64,000 bases of DNA, from IMG/VR virus record IMGVR_UViG_3300028840_008153, positions 99,143 through 163,142 of that record; one strand, given 5' to 3'. The DNA is from a virus. Taxonomy: Duplodnaviria > Heunggongvirae > Uroviricota > Caudoviricetes. The notes beneath the pieces were generated by a model that saw only the letters and a list, made by a program, of their open reading frames with translations, ran no database searches and was not told the DNA's origin. Position 1 is the stretch's first letter. The number at the start of each line of letters is the position of its first letter. This document shows, one piece after another, positions 10,031-18,661 of the stretch. The translations under genes and the position numbers were made by a program.

Positions 10031-10208
10031 TGGGCTCGTCCAGGTCTTCCACGGCCAGAACCAGGTGCAGCTTCACGTTCTGGCTCTTCAGCTCAAGAAA
10101 GCGCTTGTACTCCTCCCTGATCTCCTTCACGGCCATCTTGAAGGCGCCAATGTCGGTATGCTCCGCGCGCTGCTGGTCGTCGATGACAACACGTTTGTGT
10201 CTGGGCAT
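10023..10208 (-). CDS. Hypothetical small protein (about 61 aa)
   Basis: Track ORF 10023..10313 trimmed to MPRHKRVVIDD... so it does not overlap the upstream gene. Confidence 0.35.
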   Translation of the reverse strand: MPRHKRVVIDDQQRAEHTDIGAFKMAVKEIREEYKRFLELKSQNVKLHLVLAVEDLDEPNG

Positions 10209-10432
10209 CTCACATCTCCTGTCTGCCTTTTCTATGCTTCGTGTGCAGATGCGCGTCGTCGTGCACTTCCCTGCTGGCCTTCTTGGCCCACACCTGCGTG
10301 ACTGTCCAAACACCGTCCTTTAGCGTGACCTGCTTTCCCTTCTTGGCAAAGATCGCCGGTATCCAGCTGACCTGAATCCACTCTCCACGTTCAGACGGCC
10401 GCCTCAGCTCGCACTGTCTGTGATAGGCGGGC

Positions 10433-11056
10433 TCACTCAGCCCTCCCGTCAATAAGCCAGTGATCCTCGGGCCGCTTGTTGATCGTGACCTTCTCGGCGT
10501 GGTCCACCTTCGCATTGAGAGCTTTCATGATGGCCTCCGGGCCACGGGGTTTCACGTGAGGCGCCTGATCAACCGCGTTGTCGATGATAATGATTCTGGC
10601 CCCCGGCTTCAATAGGCGAGAAAGCTCTTTGGTGGTGGCCTCGAAAAGGGCGTCGTCGGTGATGTGCTGGAACACGAGACAGCCCCACAGCAGATCCATC
10701 GAATTGTCGTGGTTGAGCAGCTTCGGGGGCCACGCGGCCGTGATGGCCGTCACGTTGGGAAAAGCGCCCCTGACATGCTCAAGCATGCTCTCCAGCATGT
10801 CCACGGCCCACACGTGGCCGCAGCTGGCCGAAAGGATGGACAGGAAGCGTCCGTAGCCACACCCGAAATCAAGGGCATCGGGGAAGTAGGCGCCCATGCC
10901 CACACGGTCCCAGTAGAGCTGCTCGATACGCTGCCCCTGGCGGTTGTGGTCCTCGCCCCTGCGGCCCACGTAGGACGGGCCCTGGCGGGCCATCTTGGCC
11001 TCCCAGAACTGACGGGTCTTGAGCCACTTGTTTTCGAGTACGCCTATGGCCTCCAT
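10433..11056 (-). CDS. Class I SAM-dependent methyltransferase
   Basis: LDFGCGYGRF (motif I) ... ARIIIID; real start MEAIG at 11056 with GAGGAGG RBS. The first 99 codons of track ORF 10433..11353 are Arg-rich read-through inside the upstream GT9 gene. Confidence 0.6.
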   Translation of the reverse strand: MEAIGVLENKWLKTRQFWEAKMARQGPSYVGRRGEDHNRQGQRIEQLYWDRVGMGAYFPDALDFGCGYGRFLSILSASCGHVWAVDMLESMLEHVRGAFPNVTAITAAWPPKLLNHDNSMDLLWGCLVFQHITDDALFEATTKELSRLLKPGARIIIIDNAVDQAPHVKPRGPEAIMKALNAKVDHAEKVTINKRPEDHWLIDGRAE

Positions 11057-11853
11057 CGTCGCAGTGCCTCCTCGGTTTTCAGGGCGATCAGATCGGGGTT
11101 GGGCTGCCATCCTTCCTCCAGCACGATACACGGGGTTCGGAACGGATTCCAAAAGCTCTCGTAGCGCTTTTTGTTGGTGCCCCTGATGGCGCTGTACCAC
11201 TGCTTGTCGGTCCACACGACATGGGGCGTGCAGCACAGGCTGGCCAGGTGCATGGGGCCGCTGGAGGGGCCGATGACCACGCCGGTTGCGGCCATCAGAT
11301 CCACGAGCTTGTCCAGCGGCAGGTTTCGCCTGTCGATGGCGCCCATGGGACACTCGGCCTGGGTGCCTATGGCGGCCACCGTGAGCCCTCTCTCAACGAG
11401 CTTCTCGATGACCATCTCGGCATGCACCGGATGCCATGCGTGGGACTTTCTTTTATTTATCGGCTGCCTGACGTGCACAAGCACGTCGAAGCGCTTGTCC
11501 GGGGGCACCTTTCGGCCGTCTCCGAAGGCAAGGAAATACTGTGCCTCGATGGGGACCAGCCCCTCGGGCACGAGACTGTGCGTGTTGCCGTTGATGAGGC
11601 GGTCCACGAGCCCGTTCACCTGCAGCCGATCGCGCCTGTTGACGTCCTCGGTTCGCCAGCAGTCCTTGGTGCCGTTGAGCGTGACGGGGACGTAGACATC
11701 GGCGAAATCACTGTAGAGGGGAGCGTGGCCCGGAGGGCCCAGAACGGTGATGTGCTCGTACTTTCCACGGCGGGCCTTGTCACGTACGTGGGCCTGCCAG
11801 GACATGAGTTCCCAGCCGAATTCCCCCACCCATGGTCCGGCAATCAGATCCAT
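11044..11853 (-). CDS. Glycosyltransferase family 9 (heptosyltransferase-like)
   Basis: GPSSGPMHLASL matches the GT9 NDSGPMHLAAA motif. Confidence 0.6.
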   Translation of the reverse strand: MDLIAGPWVGEFGWELMSWQAHVRDKARRGKYEHITVLGPPGHAPLYSDFADVYVPVTLNGTKDCWRTEDVNRRDRLQVNGLVDRLINGNTHSLVPEGLVPIEAQYFLAFGDGRKVPPDKRFDVLVHVRQPINKRKSHAWHPVHAEMVIEKLVERGLTVAAIGTQAECPMGAIDRRNLPLDKLVDLMAATGVVIGPSSGPMHLASLCCTPHVVWTDKQWYSAIRGTNKKRYESFWNPFRTPCIVLEEGWQPNPDLIALKTEEALRRWRP

Positions 11854-11857
11854 TATT

Positions 11858-12235
11858 TCAACCTGAAACGGCGGGCAAAACGCTGGACGAAACGGAGGCC
11901 ATGATGGACTGCAAATCCTCCTCCGTTTGAGGCTTTCTGAAGATGCGACTGGAGACCTTCTTGTAGAAGCTCGTATGAAGCTCCGAAGGCCGCTTCAGGA
12001 CCGACCAGACGATCATGGGCACGTCGACCCGCTGAAGGGCTTCTTGCAACCCCTCGCAGTCGAAGGCGTTAATGATGTCTGCGATCATGAAATCGTAGGT
12101 GTTCATCTTCAGACGCCTGCGCAGCACGGGCACGGTGGTGGCATAGTCCACCTCGGCCTTCCGCACGTGCTTTTCCAGGAACTCGCCCACCTTCTTGGCG
12201 AACACCAGGTTGGAATCGATTATCAGGATGCGCAT
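11858..12235 (-). CDS. CheY-like receiver-domain protein
   Basis: MRILIIDSN...YDFMIADI...VPMIVWS receiver signature; ATG overlaps the upstream stop (TAATG). Confidence 0.55.
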   Translation of the reverse strand: MRILIIDSNLVFAKKVGEFLEKHVRKAEVDYATTVPVLRRRLKMNTYDFMIADIINAFDCEGLQEALQRVDVPMIVWSVLKRPSELHTSFYKKVSSRIFRKPQTEEDLQSIMASVSSSVLPAVSG

Positions 12236-12585
12236 TACGGTGCCCCTCTGTGCTTCTCCATGCACTCCTGCCGGGTGATGTAGATGGTGCCGAACCCGGC
12301 AACGGTTTCCCTCAAATCTCCCACTTGGTCCTGCGCTTCCCTGATCTGCGTGAACGCACGGTCCAGTCCGTTGTCGTGGGCCGTGGTGCGTTCGGTCCTC
12401 TCGGTCTCAATGCGGGCATACAGCCCCTGTGTACGTTCACCGAGCTTCCTGTCAAGATCAGTGACCTGCTTGCGCAGATCCTTGATGGCGCCCCAGGCGA
12501 TGCCCCACAGCACGGCCACGAGAGAGCCGATGATGCCGAGGAGCGCACCAGCCACCCACAGAAACGTGGTCATGTCAACGTTCAT
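12235..12585 (-). CDS. Membrane-anchored coiled-coil protein (116 aa)
   Basis: N-terminal TM helix (FLWVAGALLGIIGSLVAVLWGIAWGAI) followed by coiled-coil. Confidence 0.45.
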   Translation of the reverse strand: MNVDMTTFLWVAGALLGIIGSLVAVLWGIAWGAIKDLRKQVTDLDRKLGERTQGLYARIETERTERTTAHDNGLDRAFTQIREAQDQVGDLRETVAGFGTIYITRQECMEKHRGAP

Positions 12586-12597
12586 GAAGACCTCCTA

Positions 12598-14469
12598 CTA
12601 GCCTGCGGGGGCCATCTGCGACAGCACCTGTTGCTGCCCGATAGAGGCCGCCTGTTGTCGTACGTCTGAGAGTTTCTGCATGACGAGCGCGTGAAGCGTC
12701 TCGTTGGTCTTCTTGATGTTGAGCAACTCGGAGCGTCGCACCGGGTAAGGCGCGTTGACCAGCTGCATGGCAATGTTCTCGGCCTGAGCCATCATGTCCT
12801 GCGGGGTCACGCCGGGACCCTGTACGCCCGGGGCGCCTCCACCCATGGGAGGCATGGGTCCGGCCGGAGCCCCAGCCGGCGGAGCGCCTGCAGGGGCGGT
12901 CTGCATGGGCGGTCCACCTGGCGCACCTGGGGGTGCGATGCCTGCGGAGCCCTGCTGCATGGCCGCGTGAAGCTCCTGCTTCTGCGCCTGGTCCTCAGCG
13001 AACTCCTGCATGACCTGCTGAGAGTATTCCTCCTCCTCGAACATTCGGCGGATCTCTTCACGGAAATTGATGCCGAAGGGGGCGTAAGCCGTCTGGCGGC
13101 TGATCATGTGGCCTGAAGCCAGCTGAAGCTGAATCTGCTTCTTCTCAAGGTCGTCGGCCAGCGTCACTGGCTGGAGCTTGAGTTTGACCTGCTCCCAATT
13201 GAGCAGGCTGGAAAGATTGTTGGCAAGCCACTGAAGCAGACGATCGAGTCCATGAACAAGATGGACCCACGTCCGCTCGAAGAGACGCAGCGCCACGGGC
13301 ATGGCCTGGATCGTCAGGCTGCCACGGTAAAGCTCGGCCGGCACGCCCTGCGCGTTGAGGAACTCGTCCATTCCCGATGTGATAAGTTCTTGTGGCGAAA
13401 GGGACTTACCGTCTGCCGAGAGCATCTCCATCCTGACCGGGAAGGGTAGCGCATGAAGCGATGTCGGGTCGCGCCTGTGCTTCTTGAACATCTCCATGAC
13501 GCGGTTGTTGAACATGCCCAGATTCATGTGGAGAAGCGGATCGGCCTCTCGTGAGGTGCCCGGAGCCGGCGTCACCACGCGGAAGGGCACGATGTAATCC
13601 ATGGCGATGGCTTCGTTGTAGCGCTTGAGCACCTGAATGTACCACGCCTGCCTGAAATTGGACAGGATGAGCGGAATGCCCCAGCCTGCGGTGCGGATGC
13701 CGGAGGGCGCGAAGTCCTTCATGTGGAAAAGCACGCCCTGGTTGAAGCGAAACATCTCGTTCTTCTTGACGGCCTCGACGACTTCCCACGGCGTGTCTTC
13801 GAGATAGAAGCGGTTGCCCTTCTTGATGAAGCTCTTGACGCGCTCGGGGATCTCCCACATGTACTCGGTGCGGTCCGTGACTTCGTTGTGGATCGTGCGG
13901 ATCTCGTGAACGTTCCAGTGCTTGAGCTTGATCTTGTCCTCAGCCACGGACGTGCGATCGACACGCTTGAATTCGCCCTTGTGTTTGCACTTCTCATTGG
14001 GGCATGTGCCGTGAAAACCCCAGTTGTCCCATTTCCACTCCACGCGCTTGATGGGGTACTCGGACTGGCATGCCTGGCAGCGCAGGTGGCGGCGGAAGGG
14101 AACCTGAAGTGAAATGACCTCGTTGCCGTAGGTCATGAAGTTGTCGCCGGCACGGGCCAGTTCGCCTACGACGCCCATCTCCTCAAGGGTTTCCTCGTAC
14201 TTCTCCTTCTCGTTGTCGGAGGCGTCGTGGATCTCGACCTTCGTCAGGAAGTAGCGCACGACACGCTGAGCGGCCGTGCGATAGATGCCCCACGAGATCC
14301 AGACAAACTCGGCCCAGCGCATGACATCGTAGAGGCTGCGCGGCATCTGCGTGGACGAGTAGTCGAGGAAGGGGTCGGGAAACGTCTCGGCAAACCGGTT
14401 GAACTTGGCGGTGTTGTCGCCGGTCGTGGTCAACGGGAAGGCAGGAAACGACGCGAGTTGGGAGGACAT
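12598..14469 (-). CDS. Large virion-associated protein, possibly portal (623 aa) with an internal Zn-ribbon and a Q/G/P/A-rich C-terminal tail
   Basis: Its size, its place beside a scaffold-like gene and its low-complexity C-terminus (GAPGGPPMQTAPAGAPPAGAPAGPMPPMGGGAPGVQGPG) fit a portal. CQAC...CPNEKCKHKG zinc ribbon. The portal assignment is inference only. Confidence 0.45.
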   Translation of the reverse strand: MSSQLASFPAFPLTTTGDNTAKFNRFAETFPDPFLDYSSTQMPRSLYDVMRWAEFVWISWGIYRTAAQRVVRYFLTKVEIHDASDNEKEKYEETLEEMGVVGELARAGDNFMTYGNEVISLQVPFRRHLRCQACQSEYPIKRVEWKWDNWGFHGTCPNEKCKHKGEFKRVDRTSVAEDKIKLKHWNVHEIRTIHNEVTDRTEYMWEIPERVKSFIKKGNRFYLEDTPWEVVEAVKKNEMFRFNQGVLFHMKDFAPSGIRTAGWGIPLILSNFRQAWYIQVLKRYNEAIAMDYIVPFRVVTPAPGTSREADPLLHMNLGMFNNRVMEMFKKHRRDPTSLHALPFPVRMEMLSADGKSLSPQELITSGMDEFLNAQGVPAELYRGSLTIQAMPVALRLFERTWVHLVHGLDRLLQWLANNLSSLLNWEQVKLKLQPVTLADDLEKKQIQLQLASGHMISRQTAYAPFGINFREEIRRMFEEEEYSQQVMQEFAEDQAQKQELHAAMQQGSAGIAPPGAPGGPPMQTAPAGAPPAGAPAGPMPPMGGGAPGVQGPGVTPQDMMAQAENIAMQLVNAPYPVRRSELLNIKKTNETLHALVMQKLSDVRQQAASIGQQQVLSQMAPAG

Positions 14470-14473
14470 TCAG

Positions 14474-14671
14474 CTATTCCCCTGATTTGGGTTCAGGCTT
14501 GTGTTCCTCGGACAGCGTCGGCGGCGCACTTTTGAGGCTGACGATGTCCGCAGCCGATTTGGCTCTGGCGCAGTCAGTACACAGCGCGCGGACATCATAC
14601 ACCACGGACGCGACATTGCCACAGCGATCACAGCGTGAAACGCCGGGCTTCAGTTCACCCGTTTTCTCCAT
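14474..14671 (-). CDS. Small zinc-ribbon protein (about 65 aa)
   Basis: MEKTGELKPGVSRCDRCGN...CTDCARAK; AAGGAGAG RBS 5 nt upstream. Preferred over track ORF 14474..15034, which is Arg-rich and overlaps the 393-aa gene. Confidence 0.35.
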   Translation of the reverse strand: MEKTGELKPGVSRCDRCGNVASVVYDVRALCTDCARAKSAADIVSLKSAPPTLSEEHKPEPKSGE

Positions 14672-15836
14672 CGGACTCTCCTTGCAGCGCCTTCGTGGCG
14701 TCCTTGTCGATGAGGTAGATGTTGAACGCCGTCTGCTCATCGGGCATCTTGAAGTTGAGTGCCGAGTAGCACACGTAGGTCTTTCCGTGCCACTGGATCT
14801 CCACGGGCGTCTCGTTGTCACCCGGAGGCTCGTAGAAGAGCCCCTCAGCGTCGTGCTGAACCATGACCAGCTTGATGCCTTCCTTGAAGACCACGTTGTA
14901 CGCCACGGCCAACGAGCCCATGGCACTCTTGAATCGTACCTTGATTTTGGCCTTTCGCATAGGCCGCGCTTCCAGGTTCGCGTAGGCCGACTGCGGGGCG
15001 CTCTCGGCGTCCTTGGTGTTCTGAAACGTCTCATCGGCGGGCGCGGGCTTCACGGGAGCGTCTTCCATCTGCGGGGTCAGAAGCGGAGGCGGCACATTGT
15101 CCTTCTCGGAGGTGCGGCGCTGCACGGTGTAGCTGCTCAAACGCTCGGGCCCCGGAGTGGCGTCGGGCTCCTTGTCCAAGTCGGCAGGCTTCTCGACCAC
15201 GGGCTCGTACGCCTTGATCTCGGCCTTGGGCTTCGGTGGCTCCACGACCGCACAGGTGGAACTTTGCTGCACAGGTTGAGTCTCCGCCTCAGCCACCGGG
15301 GCGCTCGCCCCGGCCTGAGACGGAGCGGCAGGAGCAGGTGTGGGGGGGATAGACCCACTCTCGCCGGATTTGGGAACCGGTTCCGAATTCTGGGGCGGAA
15401 GCGCCACGGACTCCTCCACCGCAGGCTGCGAGTCGTCCTGAATCACGAACGGCAGCCCGGTGGTCGCCTGTCCAACCGCGTTGTCCACGGCAGGGCTTTC
15501 TTCAACACGATGGTAGGTGGGTGCCACGGGCGCGGCCACAGGCTTGCCCAAAGTGGTGGGATCAACCTGTTTGCCGGCGCGTGCCGCCTCGGTGGCCTTG
15601 GCCACAGCCTCCTTGTCGAGATGAACGACACGCTGCTGGCCTGAGCCGTCGATCTCAACGATGTTCTGTTCAAGCGGCTTGTTCACGTCGAAGACGGTGC
15701 CGGAGTGCTCCCGGCCGCGCTCGGCGGCGCGCGGAAGGATCGTGCCCTTCTTGCCCATCACGTTGCCTTGACGGTAGATGGTATCGTCAGACATTATGGC
15801 TTCCTCCAACAATCGAGTGTAGCTTGCCTCAAACAA
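14655..15836 (-). CDS. Pro/Ala/Glu-rich protein (scaffold- or internal-virion-like) with a C-terminal beta-rich domain
   Basis: 393 aa. A long low-complexity P/A/E/Q stretch is followed by KIKVRFKSAMGSLAVAYNVVFKEGIKLVMVQHD... Confidence 0.5.
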   Translation of the reverse strand: MFEASYTRLLEEAIMSDDTIYRQGNVMGKKGTILPRAAERGREHSGTVFDVNKPLEQNIVEIDGSGQQRVVHLDKEAVAKATEAARAGKQVDPTTLGKPVAAPVAPTYHRVEESPAVDNAVGQATTGLPFVIQDDSQPAVEESVALPPQNSEPVPKSGESGSIPPTPAPAAPSQAGASAPVAEAETQPVQQSSTCAVVEPPKPKAEIKAYEPVVEKPADLDKEPDATPGPERLSSYTVQRRTSEKDNVPPPLLTPQMEDAPVKPAPADETFQNTKDAESAPQSAYANLEARPMRKAKIKVRFKSAMGSLAVAYNVVFKEGIKLVMVQHDAEGLFYEPPGDNETPVEIQWHGKTYVCYSALNFKMPDEQTAFNIYLIDKDATKALQGESDGENG

Positions 15837-15919
15837 TGCGTCAATGCGGCGGTTCGCTGATAGCTAAAAAAAGGGCGAATGGACGGGCTCCCGAGGGAGC
15901 CCGCCCACTGGCAGTTTCT

Positions 15920-17254
15920 TCAGCTGCCGCTCGAAGCATGCATCACCTGCGCTTCGGGCACCTCGACGCCGGGAGCGCTCTTGATGGCCGCCACCCTCTC
16001 CCTGAACAGCTGGGAGCGCCGTTGCAGCGCCATGCGCGCGCATACGTGCGGGAGATCAATGTTCACGCCCGGAGACTCGTACATCAGATTGTCCTCCAGG
16101 TTGGTGACACGTTGAATCCGGCACATGAGCGCACCCATATGCACGTACGGCTCGGCGTTGCCTACCGCCACATCGACATCGAGGGCGGTCACGCCGTTTA
16201 TGTCCTGCGAAGTGGTCAGTGCGGCCACGTACTTCATGGCTTGCACGGACCCCTGTGGAAGCGGGGGCTCCTCCGTGAAAGGCATACCGGCGGCCAACGC
16301 CACGGCCCGCCGATCCTCCCACTTCCAGAAGGCACGCAGCTTCTCAAGCGTGGTGCCTTCAGGCGCCGGCGTGAACAGCGCCTGTTTTGCCCGCATGGGG
16401 ACCTCCTCCCCGGATGCAAAGGCGGGCATGAGGTCAATCCGCAATCGAACCCCGAAGATGCGAAAGACGAACTCCTCGACCGATTCCTGGATCGCGTCCA
16501 GCTCGAACAGGTCTTCACAGCCGTTGTCATGCGAGAACTCAACGGCCAGAACCGAACCGGTTTCCTTGAGGAAACCGCTCACGATCCCTTGTTGTGAGGG
16601 CGGGCCCGACTTCGTATGGAACACTCGGGCCCTGCCACGATCAGGAGCGCTCAGGCCCGACACGCCTTCCACGTGCCATTCCTGGCGCTTGAAGATGTTT
16701 TCGACCAATTCTCGGAGATGCGTGCCTTCTCTGAGTTCCAGGCAATACTTCTTGCGAGGAACCAGAAACGGAGGCGGCATGATCTCCTCGTCCCCGAATC
16801 GGTTGAAGCCGGTCTGCTCCTCAACCGAATCATCGAGCATCTGCAGGCCCCAGCGGCACAACTGCCGGTCGGCCAGAGCCCTTTCATGCTTTATCGATGT
16901 CACCAGCGTAACCTCCTTCTGCGGGTTATCGCTGACAATGTCCCGAAACTCCCCGGAGGGGCGGGAGCCGGGCACCGACTCTCTGTAGTAGAACGTCTTC
17001 GGGCCGCGCGTGCGTTGGAACCAGTTGTCGCCACCCACATGCACGCGACCGTCAAAGAAGACAGCCGGGGAGGAGATGAGGTACGCGGGGAGGGCGTCCT
17101 TCACCTCGATCTCCTTCTTCTTGAGGAACCTGTACGTCCGGGTTTTGTGTCCCCGATAGATGGCCATCACTCGGAGATCTCCCAGAGGCATGAACTCCTC
17201 ACATACCTTTCCCTGGCGGTGAAACCAGCCAACCAGGGCCCCATCCCTGCTCAT
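15920..17254 (-). CDS. Hypothetical protein (about 444 aa)
   Basis: Track ORF starts at GTG 17353; an internal ATG (MSRDGALVGW...) has a GCGGAG RBS. Confidence 0.5.
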   Translation of the reverse strand: MSRDGALVGWFHRQGKVCEEFMPLGDLRVMAIYRGHKTRTYRFLKKKEIEVKDALPAYLISSPAVFFDGRVHVGGDNWFQRTRGPKTFYYRESVPGSRPSGEFRDIVSDNPQKEVTLVTSIKHERALADRQLCRWGLQMLDDSVEEQTGFNRFGDEEIMPPPFLVPRKKYCLELREGTHLRELVENIFKRQEWHVEGVSGLSAPDRGRARVFHTKSGPPSQQGIVSGFLKETGSVLAVEFSHDNGCEDLFELDAIQESVEEFVFRIFGVRLRIDLMPAFASGEEVPMRAKQALFTPAPEGTTLEKLRAFWKWEDRRAVALAAGMPFTEEPPLPQGSVQAMKYVAALTTSQDINGVTALDVDVAVGNAEPYVHMGALMCRIQRVTNLEDNLMYESPGVNIDLPHVCARMALQRRSQLFRERVAAIKSAPGVEVPEAQVMHASSGS

Positions 17255-17503
17255 GTTCTCCGCTTTGGCGCGGAGGTTCGTCAAAAGAGCACTCGGCTTC
17301 AATTTACTTCCCTCTCTTTCGTGTTGACTTCGTCTATTCAGTTGTCCCCCCACGAGTGCTTGCGTTCTGCCACTACGAGTGCTCGCTCTGGACTCCTTCC
17401 AAGAGCTAAACCATGGTCCACCTCCTTTCGTCGGTGAGATTGATGTGAAATGGCCGATATCAGCTACAGTTCAACGTATTTTAACGCGCAACGGCCCGGC
17501 GAT

Positions 17504-17893
17504 TTAGGAGGGCTCGAACGTAGGGTTCTTCACCGGGCGCAGCGTGTAGAAGCTGCCATCGGCCATGACGGGCTCCTCGCCCACGGGCCGTAATGGAAGC
17601 AGTTTCCCGTCAGGCAGTTCGAGAATGAACACCTGGCGGGGCATGTGGAGCTTGCAGGGTTTGCCGTCAACGAACACCCAGCACCAGCCCTTCTCCACGC
17701 GATCGAGCACCTCGTAGAGGCGCTTTTGCATGGCCTCAATGCTGCCGACAGTGTAGTGCTCGGGCGTGCCTGCAGAGCTGTCGGGCACCACGATGAAGTG
17801 GCAGCCCTCCTGGCTGGGCGGAGCCGGCGGCGCGGGCGCGGGTTCCGGCGCCTGCTCAGCTGGAGTCGCTTGCGGAGGTTTTTGATCGCTCAT
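17504..17893 (-). CDS. Hypothetical protein (129 aa)
   Basis: ORF with a Pro/Ala-rich N-terminus. Confidence 0.4.
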   Translation of the reverse strand: MSDQKPPQATPAEQAPEPAPAPPAPPSQEGCHFIVVPDSSAGTPEHYTVGSIEAMQKRLYEVLDRVEKGWCWVFVDGKPCKLHMPRQVFILELPDGKLLPLRPVGEEPVMADGSFYTLRPVKNPTFEPS

Positions 17894-18362
17894 TGTGTTC
17901 CCCTATGTTTCCGAACAGATCCTTGTACTGCGACAGATCGGTGCCGTGGGCCAGCAACACGGGGGGCGCGACCTCCCGATCCTCCGGGTGCATTCTGAAA
18001 CCTTCAGGGACCGGGAAGACGCCGGCCATGACGAATGCCTTTCGCCTTCCATCGCCGTCCCGCATCGTGGAGTCCCACGTGGGTGAAGTCGCTCCCTCCT
18101 TGAGGGGGAGCGGCTTCAGCTTCTTCGATTGCTTCTGTGCGTCCTCTTCCTCTTCAAACAGGCGCCGCCTCTCCTCAGCGAAGTCGATGTCGCTCAGGTC
18201 GGCAGGCAGCGCCGCGTGGGGCTTCTGGTAGACAACCAGACAGTCCGCATTGTGAGAGAAGGAGACGGACTCGATGAAGAAGCCCGTCTGCTCGACCCAC
18301 TCGTTGATGCGATCGTCCAGCGGCTGGTTGGGGTCCCATTTGAAGAGCTTGACGTGTCTCAT
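17856..18362 (-). CDS. Hypothetical protein (168 aa)
   Basis: ORF in operon context. Confidence 0.4.
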   Translation of the reverse strand: MRHVKLFKWDPNQPLDDRINEWVEQTGFFIESVSFSHNADCLVVYQKPHAALPADLSDIDFAEERRRLFEEEEDAQKQSKKLKPLPLKEGATSPTWDSTMRDGDGRRKAFVMAGVFPVPEGFRMHPEDREVAPPVLLAHGTDLSQYKDLFGNIGEHNERSKTSASDSS

Positions 18363-18661
18363 GCCGTAAGCGGGTCCTCTTCTGCGGGAGTCGCCTGCAC
18401 GGGAGGGGCGTCACCCTGTTCGATGGGCGGCACCACGCGGGCCGAGCGGTCCTGAAGCTGGGGCTTGCCCGTCTTGCCGCTGACCTTCAGGATACTGACG
18501 CCGTGCGTCAGGCCGTCCTTGTTCAGCGTCTGGAGAACGCCCGCCGTGGCCTCATTGCCCTTGCCGTAGAAGATCAGGTCCAGCTCAAGGACACGCGCCT
18601 TGCCGTCAAACTTGACGTTCTCCACCTCTAGATCGGAAGGTAGAGTCAGTTTCATCTTCAT
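18359..18661 (-). CDS. Hypothetical protein (100 aa)
   Basis: ORF with ATGA-type overlap to the downstream gene. Confidence 0.4.
   Translation of the reverse strand: MKMKLTLPSDLEVENVKFDGKARVLELDLIFYGKGNEATAGVLQTLNKDGLTHGVSILKVSGKTGKPQLQDRSARVVPPIEQGDAPPVQATPAEEDPLTA

Noticed and set aside
14474-15034. 186-aa Arg/Ser/Thr-rich ORF
   Set aside because: It overlaps the 393-aa gene in another frame. Only its last 65 codons (the zinc ribbon with its own RBS) look genuine.
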